42,667 bases of DNA from Flavobacteriales bacterium (GTDB lineage Bacteria > Bacteroidota > Bacteroidia > Flavobacteriales_F > PHOS-HE28), in assembly GCA_016788405.1 (NCBI GenBank), contig JAEUSX010000122.1, positions 1-42,667 on the forward strand. The letters run 5' to 3'. The notes below the pieces were generated by a model. The model was not told the DNA's origin, searched no databases, and saw only the letters and a program-made list of their open reading frames with translations. Of this stretch, positions 9,110 through 17,617 are shown in pieces. How positions within the stretch are numbered: position 1 is the stretch's first letter; each line of letters begins with the position of its first letter. A program made the translations under genes and the position numbers.

Positions 9110-9548
9110 GGATCTGAAGCACGAATCCCCGTTGCTCGACGCGATTCCGCGGCGCGACCCCTTCGTGGTGCCCGATGGATTCTTCGAACGGTTCCCGCAC
9201 CTGGTGCAGTCCCAGATCGCCGAGCCGGAACCAGCCTGGCGCCGACTGCTCGCCGGTTTCTGGAACGCGCATTGGGCGATTCGAGCGGCGATTCCGGTGG
9301 CTGCCGCGCTCGCGATCATCTTCCTCTTGCGGGTTCAGGATCCTGCTGATTCCGCACAGGCGGCCTTCACCACGGACATCAAGCCTGAGGAACTCGCCGA
9401 CTGGTCGATGAACGATGAAGACCTATTCGCCGTGCTTCCCGACGAAGAAGAGACGACCGTGTGGGCCGAGCCGTTGAGCGAGGAGGAATTGACCGGCTAC
9501 ATGGACCACGAGGGCATCCCCCTGGAACTGATAATCGAAGAACTATGA
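9102..9548 (+). CDS. Putative single-pass anti-sigma factor / membrane protein
   Basis: Its ATG overlaps the sigma stop by 8 nt. It has one TM helix (AIRAAIPVAAALAIIFLL) and an acidic C-terminal tail. Function is inferred from position only. Confidence 0.55.
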   Translation: MTEDLKHESPLLDAIPRRDPFVVPDGFFERFPHLVQSQIAEPEPAWRRLLAGFWNAHWAIRAAIPVAAALAIIFLLRVQDPADSAQAAFTTDIKPEELADWSMNDEDLFAVLPDEEETTVWAEPLSEEELTGYMDHEGIPLELIIEEL

Positions 9549-10051
9549 AACGGATCATCACACTCGCACTCACCGCCTTGCTGGCAGCCGGATCAAGCGT
9601 GATGGCGCAAGGCCCTGACGATGACATGCCCGGACTTTCCGAGGAGCGGCTCAAAGAGATCAAGGCGCAGAAATCCGCCTATCTCACCACCAAGCTGAGC
9701 CTCACCACCGAAGAGGCCCAGGGCTTCTGGCCGGTGTACAACGAGTATGACGAGGCGCGCGAAGCCCTTCGGCGTGAGCATCGGGAGGCCATGAAAGGCG
9801 CCAGGAAACAGGGCGGGGAGCTCTCGGAAGCCGAGGCCCAGCAGACCCTCGCCAAGGGCCTTCAGATCCGCCAGCGAGAGCTCGACCTGGAAATGACCTC
9901 CGTGGACCGCTTCGTGAAAACCATCGGCGCGCCCAAGACCGTGGAGCTGTTCCGCGCTGAGCGCGACTTCCAGCGGGAAGTCCTCCGCCGCTTCCGCGAG
10001 CGTATGGAAGAGCGGCGCGACCATCGGGACGGTCCGTCCAGGCGTCAATAA
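9545..10051 (+). CDS. Periplasmic alpha-helical Spy/CpxP-like protein (LTxxQ-type motifs)
   Basis: ATGA start/stop overlap with the previous gene. Signal peptide MKRIITLALTALLAAGSSVMAQ. Charged helical body with LSLTTEEAQGFWPVYNEY, a motif I associate with ECF-linked periplasmic proteins in Bacteroidota. Confidence 0.6.
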   Translation: MKRIITLALTALLAAGSSVMAQGPDDDMPGLSEERLKEIKAQKSAYLTTKLSLTTEEAQGFWPVYNEYDEAREALRREHREAMKGARKQGGELSEAEAQQTLAKGLQIRQRELDLEMTSVDRFVKTIGAPKTVELFRAERDFQREVLRRFRERMEERRDHRDGPSRRQ

Positions 10052-10078
10052 CCGCGCTGTCGCCACCTTCGCGGCGAC

Positions 10079-11263
10079 ATGGATCCGTTGCGTGAAGGCT
10101 TCCTGTATCACCTGGCACAAACCAGCGGAAACCCGCTTGCGCTGGATGTGGTGAGCGCGGAAGGCTGTTGGATCAGTACCCGAGATGGCCGGAGGTACCT
10201 TGACTTGGTGGCCGGACTCGCCGTTTGCAACGTGGGCCATCGGCATCCGCGCGTTGTCAAGGCCATCAGGGAGCAGGCGGACCGTTACCTGCATGTGATT
10301 CCCTATGGCGAGTTCATCCAAGAGCCGCAGGTCCGCTTCGCCGAGCGGCTGACCAGCCTTTTGCCGGCCAGCTTGGCCAGCGTGTATTTCGTCAACAGCG
10401 GCACCGAGGCCATCGAAGCAGCCCTGAAGCTGGCCAAACGCGCCACCGGCCGAACACGGCTCATCGGCTGCCGCAAGAGCTACCACGGTAGTACGCACGG
10501 ATCGCTCAGCCTCACGGACAATGAGGCCAAGAAATACAGGAACCGGCCGCTGCTCCCCGATACCGACCACATCGGATTCGACTCGGTGCAGGACCTGGGC
10601 CTGATAGACGATCGGACCGCCGCCGTGGTCGTCGAACCGATTCAGGGTGATGCCGGTGTGCGCGTTCCGTCGGTGACCTGGCTCCAAGGATTGCGACAGC
10701 GATGCGACGAAACCGGCGCCCTGTTCATCCTGGATGAAGTGCAAACCGGATTCGGGCGTACCGGGAAGCGCTTCGCATTCGAGCATTCGGGGGTGGTGCC
10801 CGACATCTTGGTGCTCGGCAAAGCCCTGGGAGGGGGGCTTCCGATGGGCGCTTTCATCAGCAGCCTGGAGCGCATGGCCATGTTGAGCCATGAGCCATTG
10901 CTCGGTCATATCACCACCTTCGGAGGGCATCCGCTCGCCTGTGCTGCCGGTCTGGCTGCCTTGGAAGTGCTGCAAGCCGAAAACCTCTCGGAGCGCGCCA
11001 GGAGCTTAGGTGATCGATTCAAGATGAAATTGAACCACCCTGGTATCCGCGAAGTCCGGGGCCTGGGCCTGATGCTTGCCGTGGAATTGGGCGATGCTGA
11101 CCGCGTTCAGCGCGCGGTGCACCGCTGCCTGGACCGGGGCGTGCTGGGATTCTGGTTCCTGAGCTGCCCGACCGCTTTCCGGATCGCTCCACCACTGACA
11201 ATATCCGAGTCCGAGGTGGATCTAGCCTGCAACGTGATCCTGAAGGCCATCGATCCGGACTGA
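10079..11263 (+). CDS. Class III (acetylornithine/GABA-type) PLP-dependent aminotransferase
   Basis: NSGTEAIEAALKLAK, SYHGST, ILDEVQTGFGRTGK and LGKALGGGLP (PLP lysine). The 460-aa ORF on the opposite strand is treated as antisense noise. Confidence 0.9.
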   Translation: MDPLREGFLYHLAQTSGNPLALDVVSAEGCWISTRDGRRYLDLVAGLAVCNVGHRHPRVVKAIREQADRYLHVIPYGEFIQEPQVRFAERLTSLLPASLASVYFVNSGTEAIEAALKLAKRATGRTRLIGCRKSYHGSTHGSLSLTDNEAKKYRNRPLLPDTDHIGFDSVQDLGLIDDRTAAVVVEPIQGDAGVRVPSVTWLQGLRQRCDETGALFILDEVQTGFGRTGKRFAFEHSGVVPDILVLGKALGGGLPMGAFISSLERMAMLSHEPLLGHITTFGGHPLACAAGLAALEVLQAENLSERARSLGDRFKMKLNHPGIREVRGLGLMLAVELGDADRVQRAVHRCLDRGVLGFWFLSCPTAFRIAPPLTISESEVDLACNVILKAIDPD

Positions 11264-11489
11264 ATGGAGCCAAACGCGTCGCATTATTAACCGGTTCCTC
11301 CTGCCCAAGGGAATCGGATCAGCGGGCCCAAACCGGCGGCATTCAAGGGGATGCCGGTCGCATCGGCCGATTCGCCTTGGCACCCGGCAGAATTGACCAA
11401 AGGACCGGCGGGTCGGCGCCTTCGTCCGTGCATCTATCTTGCGGGCGCCTTTTGCCACAAGGACAACCAAAGCCCCTAATCGAGGACCC

Positions 11490-14366
11490 ATGAAACGTTC
11501 CGTACTCAGCTTTTTGGCAACTTGCTTCGCCGTTGCCGCCATGGCCCAGAGCGCCCATTGGTGCGACACCGACCGTCGCATCCATGAGGAGATGGCCAAG
11601 GACCCGGCCTTCGCGCAACGGATGCGCGAGTTCCGACAGGAGATGAACCAGTTGCTGGCCAGTAATGCGAGCAGCCGTGACCGCGATGTGACCTACACGA
11701 TCCCGGTGGTCTTCCATGTGCTGCACTTGAACGGCATGGAGAACATCAGCAACGAGCAGGTTCTCGATGCCATGTTCGTGCTGAACCGGGACTGGAACAA
11801 GCAGAACCCGGACACATCTGAAGTTCACCCCGCCATCGCCGACAACATAGGCCGGATGGATTTCAACTTCGTGCTCGCCACCAAGGATCCTCAAGGGCAT
11901 TGCACCAATGGCATCGTCCGTTTGCAGACCACGGAGACTTTGCGCGGTGAGAGCACCAGCAAGTTCCGTCCATGGCCGCGCGATAGGTACATGAACATCT
12001 ATGTGGTGAACTCGATCCTTAGCGGCGCGGCCGGCTACTTCACCCCTGGCGGATGGAGCGTGCTCGACGGCATCGTGATCCTGGACAATTACCTAGGACG
12101 CTCGGGCAATGCGGCCGGTATTCCGTTCACAGGAAATGAAGGCAGTTCGCGCGCGCTCACCCATGAGGTGGGTCACTATTTCGACCTGGCTCACGTATGG
12201 GGTTCGAATAATGGCGTAGCCGCCCCTGGGGCACCCGCTTGGTCCATGCAGGGCGACTGCGGGGACGATGGCGTAGAGGATACCCCGATCACGCGCGGCT
12301 GGAGCCCGGCGAGCAACTGCAATGGCGCGAACCACTCAACCAATAGCACCCGCCCGTGGGGAGATTGCGACAAACAGAGCTTCATGAAGTACCACGGCCG
12401 GGATTTCCCACCGATTCCCGCCGAGCCGCTGCGCTATGATTTCGACGATGTCTCCACCTCTTCGGGCTCCATCGATCCTTCGGTCCTGCCAGCCGTGACC
12501 GACTCGTTGGACAGCCTTGCGATCCGCATTCCTTTCACGCCATTCACGGCGGTCGGGGTCTCGAGCAACAGCACGGCCAATGATGCCTTCGCGTTCAGCA
12601 ACTGGAGCGGGAGCGCCGTTGATGGGGAGACGGACTTCAACAACCTCGACCCGAACCCGAACCTGGGTGATTATTACGAGTTCACCATCAACACCCCGGT
12701 TCAGCAGCAGATGTACTTCTACGGCCTCACCTTCAAGGCCAAACGGAGCCCGTCCGGTCCGCGCACCTTCGCTGTCCGTTCCAGCGCGAACAACTATGGC
12801 ACCAACATCCCGCTAGCCACATCAGGAGGCGTCTCGGTTCAAGGCACCAACGTTGGCTTCTTCACCGACGATGCGGACGCTGGTGAGTACATCGTCAATG
12901 TGAATCCGGCCAACACCGGTTTCGGCTTCCGCGAAGCACCGCTCACGGTCCGCATCTACGCCTTCAACGCGGAGGATGCCAACGGCTTCTTCAGCGTGGA
13001 TAGCGTGGTGGTGCGCGGGAAATCCGGCACCATCGAGAACGTGCAGAACTACATGGAGTACTCCTATTGCTCCATGATGTTCACCAACGGTCAACGTGAG
13101 CGCGCGCGCACGGCGGCCATCTCCCCCATCCTGCAGCGTGACATCCTTTGGAGCGAGCAGAACTTGATCAATACCGGCGTGTTGGACGGGCATCAGCTCG
13201 CCTGTGCCCCCATCGCGGATTTCTACGCACAGGTCACGTTCACGCCAACGCACTCCTCGAATCCCGCCATCCCCTTCCCGCCGACGACCTGCGCGGGGGA
13301 ATCGGTGCGCTTCATGGACAACAGCTATCGTGCGTTCCCCACAGCATGGAGCTGGACCTTCCAAGATGGCAACCCGGCGACCTCCACGGCACGCAATCCG
13401 GTGGTGCAGTTCAGCGGCAGCGGCTGGAAATCCGTGACCTTGACCGTGTCGAACGACCTGGGATCGGATACCAGGACCAAGGACTTCGCCGTCTACGTGG
13501 GCGACGCCTCCCAGGAATTGTCCGCCTTCATGGAGGACTTCGAGGGTGGCGAGGGCGAGAACCTGTTCCCGATGTTCGCGCAGAACTATGAGAACAACTT
13601 CTCGCAGTGGAAGCGGTTCTCCGGCGGTGGCTATTCCGGCACGCACTGCGCCCGCCTCAACAGCGGCGACCGCGACCCGCTCGAGCTCATCCGCCCGGAC
13701 AACACCGGCGATATCGACGATCTGGTCTCTCCGCACATCAACCTCAGCAACGCCCCGATCGCGCAGCTCAGCTTCCGCTACGCCTATCGCACCAATACCA
13801 ACAGCGTTGCGAACATCGATGAGGTGCTCGAGGTGAATTACAGCAACAACTGCGGGAAGACCTGGAGCCCGCTCGGCGCGTCACAGGCGATCATCTCCGG
13901 CGTGAATCTGGTGACCAACGGCAACTTCGACGAGATGCCCCCCCCTCCTGCCGATTGGCGCTTGAAGACGTATAACCTGCTGAGCTCTCAGCAGGGTCCG
14001 AACATGCGCTTCCGTTTCCGCTACAAGAGCAGCGCCTACTCCGGCGACCTCTTCATCGACGACATCCAGTTCGGCAGCAGCTTCGTGGGCGTTCAAGAGT
14101 GGATGCATGAGAATTTCATCCTCATCTCCCCGAATCCTTCGAATGACCACTTCACCTTGCAGGTGTACGGAATGGATGCCGAGGCCACCGAGGTGACCAT
14201 CACGGACATGCGTGGCGCCGTGGTTTACCAGAACAAGTACCTGCCCATGGGCACAGCTCAGATTGAATTGGGCGGCCGCAGCATCGGCCTGTCTGATGGC
14301 ATGTACATGGTGCGTGCCCAGAACAGGCATGGCAGCAGCGTGCAGAAGCTGGTGATGGGTCGATAA
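11490..14366 (+). CDS. Large secreted M43 (cytophagalysin/pappalysin-type) zinc metalloprotease with nested insert, PKD-like domain, MAM/choice-of-anchor-J-like domain and T9SS CTD
   Basis: Signal peptide from ATG 11490 (MKRSVLSFLATCFAVAAMAQ). Zinc site HEVGHYFDLAH (nt 12162 onward). Met-turn region NYMEYSYCSMMFTNGQ (about nt 13047-13094). PKD-like segment (SWTFQDGNPATS...VTLTVSNDLGSD). DFEGG...FIDDIQF beta-sandwich. C-terminal ISPNPSNDHFTL...ITDMRGAVVYQ...GMYMV sorting domain. Confidence 0.88.
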   Translation: MKRSVLSFLATCFAVAAMAQSAHWCDTDRRIHEEMAKDPAFAQRMREFRQEMNQLLASNASSRDRDVTYTIPVVFHVLHLNGMENISNEQVLDAMFVLNRDWNKQNPDTSEVHPAIADNIGRMDFNFVLATKDPQGHCTNGIVRLQTTETLRGESTSKFRPWPRDRYMNIYVVNSILSGAAGYFTPGGWSVLDGIVILDNYLGRSGNAAGIPFTGNEGSSRALTHEVGHYFDLAHVWGSNNGVAAPGAPAWSMQGDCGDDGVEDTPITRGWSPASNCNGANHSTNSTRPWGDCDKQSFMKYHGRDFPPIPAEPLRYDFDDVSTSSGSIDPSVLPAVTDSLDSLAIRIPFTPFTAVGVSSNSTANDAFAFSNWSGSAVDGETDFNNLDPNPNLGDYYEFTINTPVQQQMYFYGLTFKAKRSPSGPRTFAVRSSANNYGTNIPLATSGGVSVQGTNVGFFTDDADAGEYIVNVNPANTGFGFREAPLTVRIYAFNAEDANGFFSVDSVVVRGKSGTIENVQNYMEYSYCSMMFTNGQRERARTAAISPILQRDILWSEQNLINTGVLDGHQLACAPIADFYAQVTFTPTHSSNPAIPFPPTTCAGESVRFMDNSYRAFPTAWSWTFQDGNPATSTARNPVVQFSGSGWKSVTLTVSNDLGSDTRTKDFAVYVGDASQELSAFMEDFEGGEGENLFPMFAQNYENNFSQWKRFSGGGYSGTHCARLNSGDRDPLELIRPDNTGDIDDLVSPHINLSNAPIAQLSFRYAYRTNTNSVANIDEVLEVNYSNNCGKTWSPLGASQAIISGVNLVTNGNFDEMPPPPADWRLKTYNLLSSQQGPNMRFRFRYKSSAYSGDLFIDDIQFGSSFVGVQEWMHENFILISPNPSNDHFTLQVYGMDAEATEVTITDMRGAVVYQNKYLPMGTAQIELGGRSIGLSDGMYMVRAQNRHGSSVQKLVMGR

Positions 14367-14381
14367 AGAACAAGTCCGGCG

Positions 14382-14417
14382 AATGACAAGGCCGCCCAAT
14401 CAGGCGGCCTTGTCATT
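14382..14417. terminator. Bidirectional stem-loop terminator (15-bp perfect stem)
   Basis: AATGACAAGGCCGCC-caatca-GGCGGCCTTGTCATT followed by TTCC. Located between the convergent M43 gene (stop 14366) and the beta-barrel gene (stop 14499). Confidence 0.7.
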
Positions 14418-14498
14418 TCCACACGCCCTTGGATGAGTCGTTGCAGGACAGGATCCGAGCGAAACAGATGCAATGACAGGCCGAAGCCATAGAGGCGA

Positions 14499-15158
14499 TC
14501 ACCAAGTCACGGCCTCCCGTTCGCTGCGGCGCAGTCGGGTGCTGAATCCCAACCCGAGCAGCACATTCTGCATGCTGCGATGCTCCGCGCTCTCCTGCGT
14601 GCCCGGGAAGCGCGCAACGCCCAGATCGGATGCGCTGAATGATCGGGCGGAATTGTCATAGCCCAACGTGATGCCGAATGCCAGGTTCTCACTGGCATGC
14701 ACGAAGTAACCCATGCCCACGGCCCAATACATCACAGGCCCACGTGTCCCCGCGCAGCTGGCGCAATCGAATTCGTACCAAGCCATGCCTGCCTTGACGC
14801 TGGCCTCATAGAAGGTGACCGGACCGGTATAGCGCTCGTATTGCGCCTTCGCGAATCCGATGGTGCGCCGCACATCGCCATTCGGCACAAAAGGCTGAAG
14901 CGTGCGCTCCTTCAAGGAGGTCCACCACATGCCCCCGCCGATGCCGAGCCCGAAGCCCTTGCTGATGGGCACTTGAAATGTCAGGCACGCCTGCCCGACG
15001 TTGTCCGTGTAATTGGTGAAAAGCGGATTCTTGAATGGGATGGGCAGATTCAGATCGCCCTTGATGGTGGAGCTCACGTCGGGCTGATTCCCTCGTTGCG
15101 CTGAAGCAGGCATGGCCAGCACAGTGACCAGGAATAGCGATGTCAGGCGTTTCATCAA
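14499..15158 (-). CDS. Outer-membrane beta-barrel protein (small porin/OmpW-like size)
   Basis: Signal peptide MMKRLTSLFLVTVLAMPASAQ. Alternating hydrophobic beta-strand pattern with many G/Y/F/W residues. C-terminal aromatic residue (..AVTW). Confidence 0.65.
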   Translation of the reverse strand: MMKRLTSLFLVTVLAMPASAQRGNQPDVSSTIKGDLNLPIPFKNPLFTNYTDNVGQACLTFQVPISKGFGLGIGGGMWWTSLKERTLQPFVPNGDVRRTIGFAKAQYERYTGPVTFYEASVKAGMAWYEFDCASCAGTRGPVMYWAVGMGYFVHASENLAFGITLGYDNSARSFSASDLGVARFPGTQESAEHRSMQNVLLGLGFSTRLRRSEREAVTW

Positions 15159-15532
15159 TGCAGAAGACGGAATCGGCGCACGGTGCGTTGCGTGGCAGTG
15201 GAGATCTCGAAGTGATAAGTGCCCGATTCCAGCTTCGGCAGCTCGCGCTCGATTCGACGCTCGCCGCGATGCAGCAATTCCTCTGGCCAGGCATGGATCT
15301 TCCGATGCGCATCATCGCTCAATGCGGTGAATAGCGCCTGATCGTCAGGAAGGTGAACATGCACCAGCAATCGGGCCGGATGATAGGCCACCTCCAAGGC
15401 GCGCAATTCCGCGTGGGCGAGCGCGGGCAGGTCCTCGGCATTCACCTTTCGCTTGAACCGCTGATAGAGCACGATCAGCAGCATCACGGACAAGGTGATC
15501 AACAGGATGGTTCGAAGGGTGATCAGATCCAT
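15155..15532 (-). CDS. Hypothetical N-terminally membrane-anchored protein
   Basis: N-terminal TM helix (LITLRTILLITLSVMLLIVLY). Its stop overlaps the downstream ATG by 4 nt (ATGA), and it begins 4 nt after the DUF493 stop. I recognise no family. Confidence 0.55.
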   Translation of the reverse strand: MDLITLRTILLITLSVMLLIVLYQRFKRKVNAEDLPALAHAELRALEVAYHPARLLVHVHLPDDQALFTALSDDAHRKIHAWPEELLHRGERRIERELPKLESGTYHFEISTATQRTVRRFRLLH

Positions 15533-15535
15533 GGT

Positions 15536-15811
15536 TCAAAGCGCGATGACGCCTTGGATCATCGCGGCCCGTTCGTAGCGTTCCACCACCTCGTCAGCGC
15601 TCATCATCACCTCCTTGGCTGTTATGGAGAGATACTTGCCACTGGTCGAGTACCGCCGTAATAATTCGCTGTTCTCCGGGAACAGCGCCAGGACCTTGGA
15701 AAGCCGGTCCGCATCTGGCTCGAAGATGAACTTGAACATGTACAAGGAAGGCCATTCATGCACCTTGCCCAAGCTCTCCCGCAGGCGTTCCTTCGCTTCC
15801 TCGCTGAGCAT
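15536..15811 (-). CDS. DUF493 (YbeD-like) family protein
   Basis: From ATG 15811: MLSEEAKERLRESLGKVHEWPSLYMFKFIFEP...SGKYLSITAKEVMMSADEVVERYERAAMIQGVIAL. This matches the Bacteroidota DUF493 layout (..P..Y.FKFI.....GKY.S..i.........v...Y......eG.I.L). A -7 box lies 15 nt upstream. Confidence 0.7.
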   Translation of the reverse strand: MLSEEAKERLRESLGKVHEWPSLYMFKFIFEPDADRLSKVLALFPENSELLRRYSTSGKYLSITAKEVMMSADEVVERYERAAMIQGVIAL

Positions 15812-15825
15812 GGCGCAACTTTGGC

Positions 15826-15833
15826 CAAAGGTA
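15826..15833 (-). promoter_or_regulatory. -7 promoter box TACCTTTG (minus strand) for the DUF493 operon
   Basis: Plus strand CAAAGGTA is TACCTTTG on the minus strand, a perfect TAnnTTTG, 15 nt upstream of ATG 15811. It forms the palindrome CTTTGGCCAAAG (15819-15830) with a near-consensus plus-strand box CAACTTTG (15816-15823). Confidence 0.55.
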
Positions 15834-15881
15834 GCCGCCATTGAACCCGACGCCCCATAGGGTGTACTGGCACACGAAACC

Positions 15882-17018
15882 ATGATTCGAAAGCACTTCA
15901 GCCGATTGCTTCTCACAAGTGGCGCCGCTCTGGTCGCAGGCCTGGTCCTCGCCCAGACCGAGAAGGCTCCCTCGCCGCGAAGCGCTCCCGTGCGTGATGC
16001 GTATCAAGGTGCATGGGGCTCGTCCACCGAGGAGAGGGAGGGGATGGATCGCGAGCTTGATCTGACGGTCTTCAAGATCGTGGACGATGTCAATTCAGCG
16101 TCCAATGAATTGAATCGATTCAGGGCTGAGCGCAACAGCGTGCTGATCAGCAACCAGGGGCAGATCAAGAGCGGGGATCGCGCCCGTTTGAAGAAGAAAG
16201 CCTCGGAACTGAACGCCGCTCACCCTGGCAGTTTTGAAGGAGAACTCGCCGCGTACTACGCGGAGTTCCCAGCGGCCGCAGCCTACGGCCATTTGGACGA
16301 AGCAGCGCGGTTGCAGCCTGCGCGTGACGAACTTCTGGGTCCCCTGCTCACCCAAGCCTTGCGCAATGACGATCGGCTCAAGTTGACTGCTGCGGCCAAG
16401 GAGATGCGCTTGCGGGGCGAGGTGGCCCCTGGCCTGCTGGAGATGGCCGAGGATATCCTGCTCTCCGTGGAACCCGGAGCCGTGTTGATCGTGGCGGGCG
16501 AAATGGACGGATTCCCATTGCTGGTGCGCCAATTCGCAGAAGGGCGCCGGCCCGATGTCCTTCTCGTGGATCATCGTCTCCTGGAGGACCCCTCCTACCG
16601 CGCACGGATCTGGCAGCGCGCCAAAGCCCGAGGCGCCGTGCCCCCGGACGAGGTGAGCTTCCCCGAGCGTCTGTTGCATTCCTGCGACCGGCCCTTGTAC
16701 TTCTCGTTGGCGCTCGGACGTGGTTGGGCCGAGACATATGCTGATCGCCTGCACATCACGGGGCTCGCAATGCGCTTGAGTGAATCGCCGTGCTGTGATC
16801 CGAAGGCGCTCGAAGCGACTTGGAAGGCGATGAGCAAGACCGTGAACGCCGGGCCGCTGAGCCGCAACTACATCATTCCCGCTGTCGTGCTCCTGAAGCA
16901 TCACCGGTCGCAAGGCGATGAAGAACGGGCCTCGGCCATGGAGCACGAGGTCAGGCAGCTCGCGCAACAGCTGGGCATCACCCGTGACCTTCAAGCCGCC
17001 GGCATCCTGGCCCATTGA
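15882..17018 (+). CDS. Hypothetical secreted protein, immediately upstream of ECF sigma module 2
   Basis: Signal peptide MIRKHFSRLLLTSGAALVAGLVLAQ. Codon usage matches neighbouring genes. Its stop (17016-17018) abuts the sigma-factor start. I recognise no family. Confidence 0.6.
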   Translation: MIRKHFSRLLLTSGAALVAGLVLAQTEKAPSPRSAPVRDAYQGAWGSSTEEREGMDRELDLTVFKIVDDVNSASNELNRFRAERNSVLISNQGQIKSGDRARLKKKASELNAAHPGSFEGELAAYYAEFPAAAAYGHLDEAARLQPARDELLGPLLTQALRNDDRLKLTAAAKEMRLRGEVAPGLLEMAEDILLSVEPGAVLIVAGEMDGFPLLVRQFAEGRRPDVLLVDHRLLEDPSYRARIWQRAKARGAVPPDEVSFPERLLHSCDRPLYFSLALGRGWAETYADRLHITGLAMRLSESPCCDPKALEATWKAMSKTVNAGPLSRNYIIPAVVLLKHHRSQGDEERASAMEHEVRQLAQQLGITRDLQAAGILAH

Positions 17019-17020
17019 AC

Positions 17021-17617
17021 ATGCCCTTCCTTGGCAATGATCACCAGCGGATGAGCGACGAGCGCCTGATGGAACTCGTGGTGCGCGGGGACGAGCGTGC
17101 ATTCGGCGCGATCTACGACCGCTACCAGCATCGCCTGCTGAACTACTTCCACCGCATGCTCTGGCACGACCGCGAACGAGCGCGCGACATGCTCCAGGAC
17201 CTCTTTGCCAAGCTGGCCCGCAAGCCAGATAGCTACGATGCATCGAGGCCCTTCAGCACCTGGGTGTTCAGTGTCGCGAACAACATGTGCAAGAACGCCT
17301 ACCGCCATCACCAGGTGGTGCGCGCCGCTGCCAGCCATATCCGGCATGAACCCGATCGCGTCGAGGCGCTTGAAGGGATCGGCGTGGACCATGAGCATTT
17401 CCGGGATCGACTGAGCGAGGAACTGGAGCGCATCGACCCGGACCATAAGGCCACCTTCGTGATGCGGTACCACGAGGACCTGGCCATCAAGGAGATCGCC
17501 GCTGCCTTTGGATGCTCCGAGGGCACGGTGAAGAGCCGCTTGTTCTATACCCTGAAGAAACTGGCCGAGCGCATGAAAGAGTTCGACCCCAATGCCATCC
17601 ACCATGGAAAGGCGTGA
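17021..17617 (+). CDS. ECF-type RNA polymerase sigma-70 factor (module 2)
   Basis: Region 2 (ERARDMLQDLFAKL...FSTWVFSVANNMCKNAYRHH) and region 4 (DPDHKATFVMRYHEDLAIKEIAAAFGCSEGTVKSRLFYTLKKL). The start is uncertain: TTG 17015, ATG 17021 or ATG 17051. Confidence 0.88.
   Translation: MPFLGNDHQRMSDERLMELVVRGDERAFGAIYDRYQHRLLNYFHRMLWHDRERARDMLQDLFAKLARKPDSYDASRPFSTWVFSVANNMCKNAYRHHQVVRAAASHIRHEPDRVEALEGIGVDHEHFRDRLSEELERIDPDHKATFVMRYHEDLAIKEIAAAFGCSEGTVKSRLFYTLKKLAERMKEFDPNAIHHGKA

Noticed and set aside
9593-10975. 460-aa minus-strand ORF
   Set aside because: It is antisense to the class III aminotransferase, which has the PLP-lysine motif, and to the Spy-like gene. It has a low-complexity Gly/Ala/Arg composition and no start context.
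16095-17243. 382-aa minus-strand ORF
   Set aside because: It is antisense to the secreted-protein gene and the start of ECF sigma 2. Its Arg/Gly/Ala-rich product has no signal peptide or motifs. The plus-strand genes have a signal peptide, sigma regions 2 and 4, and tight coupling.
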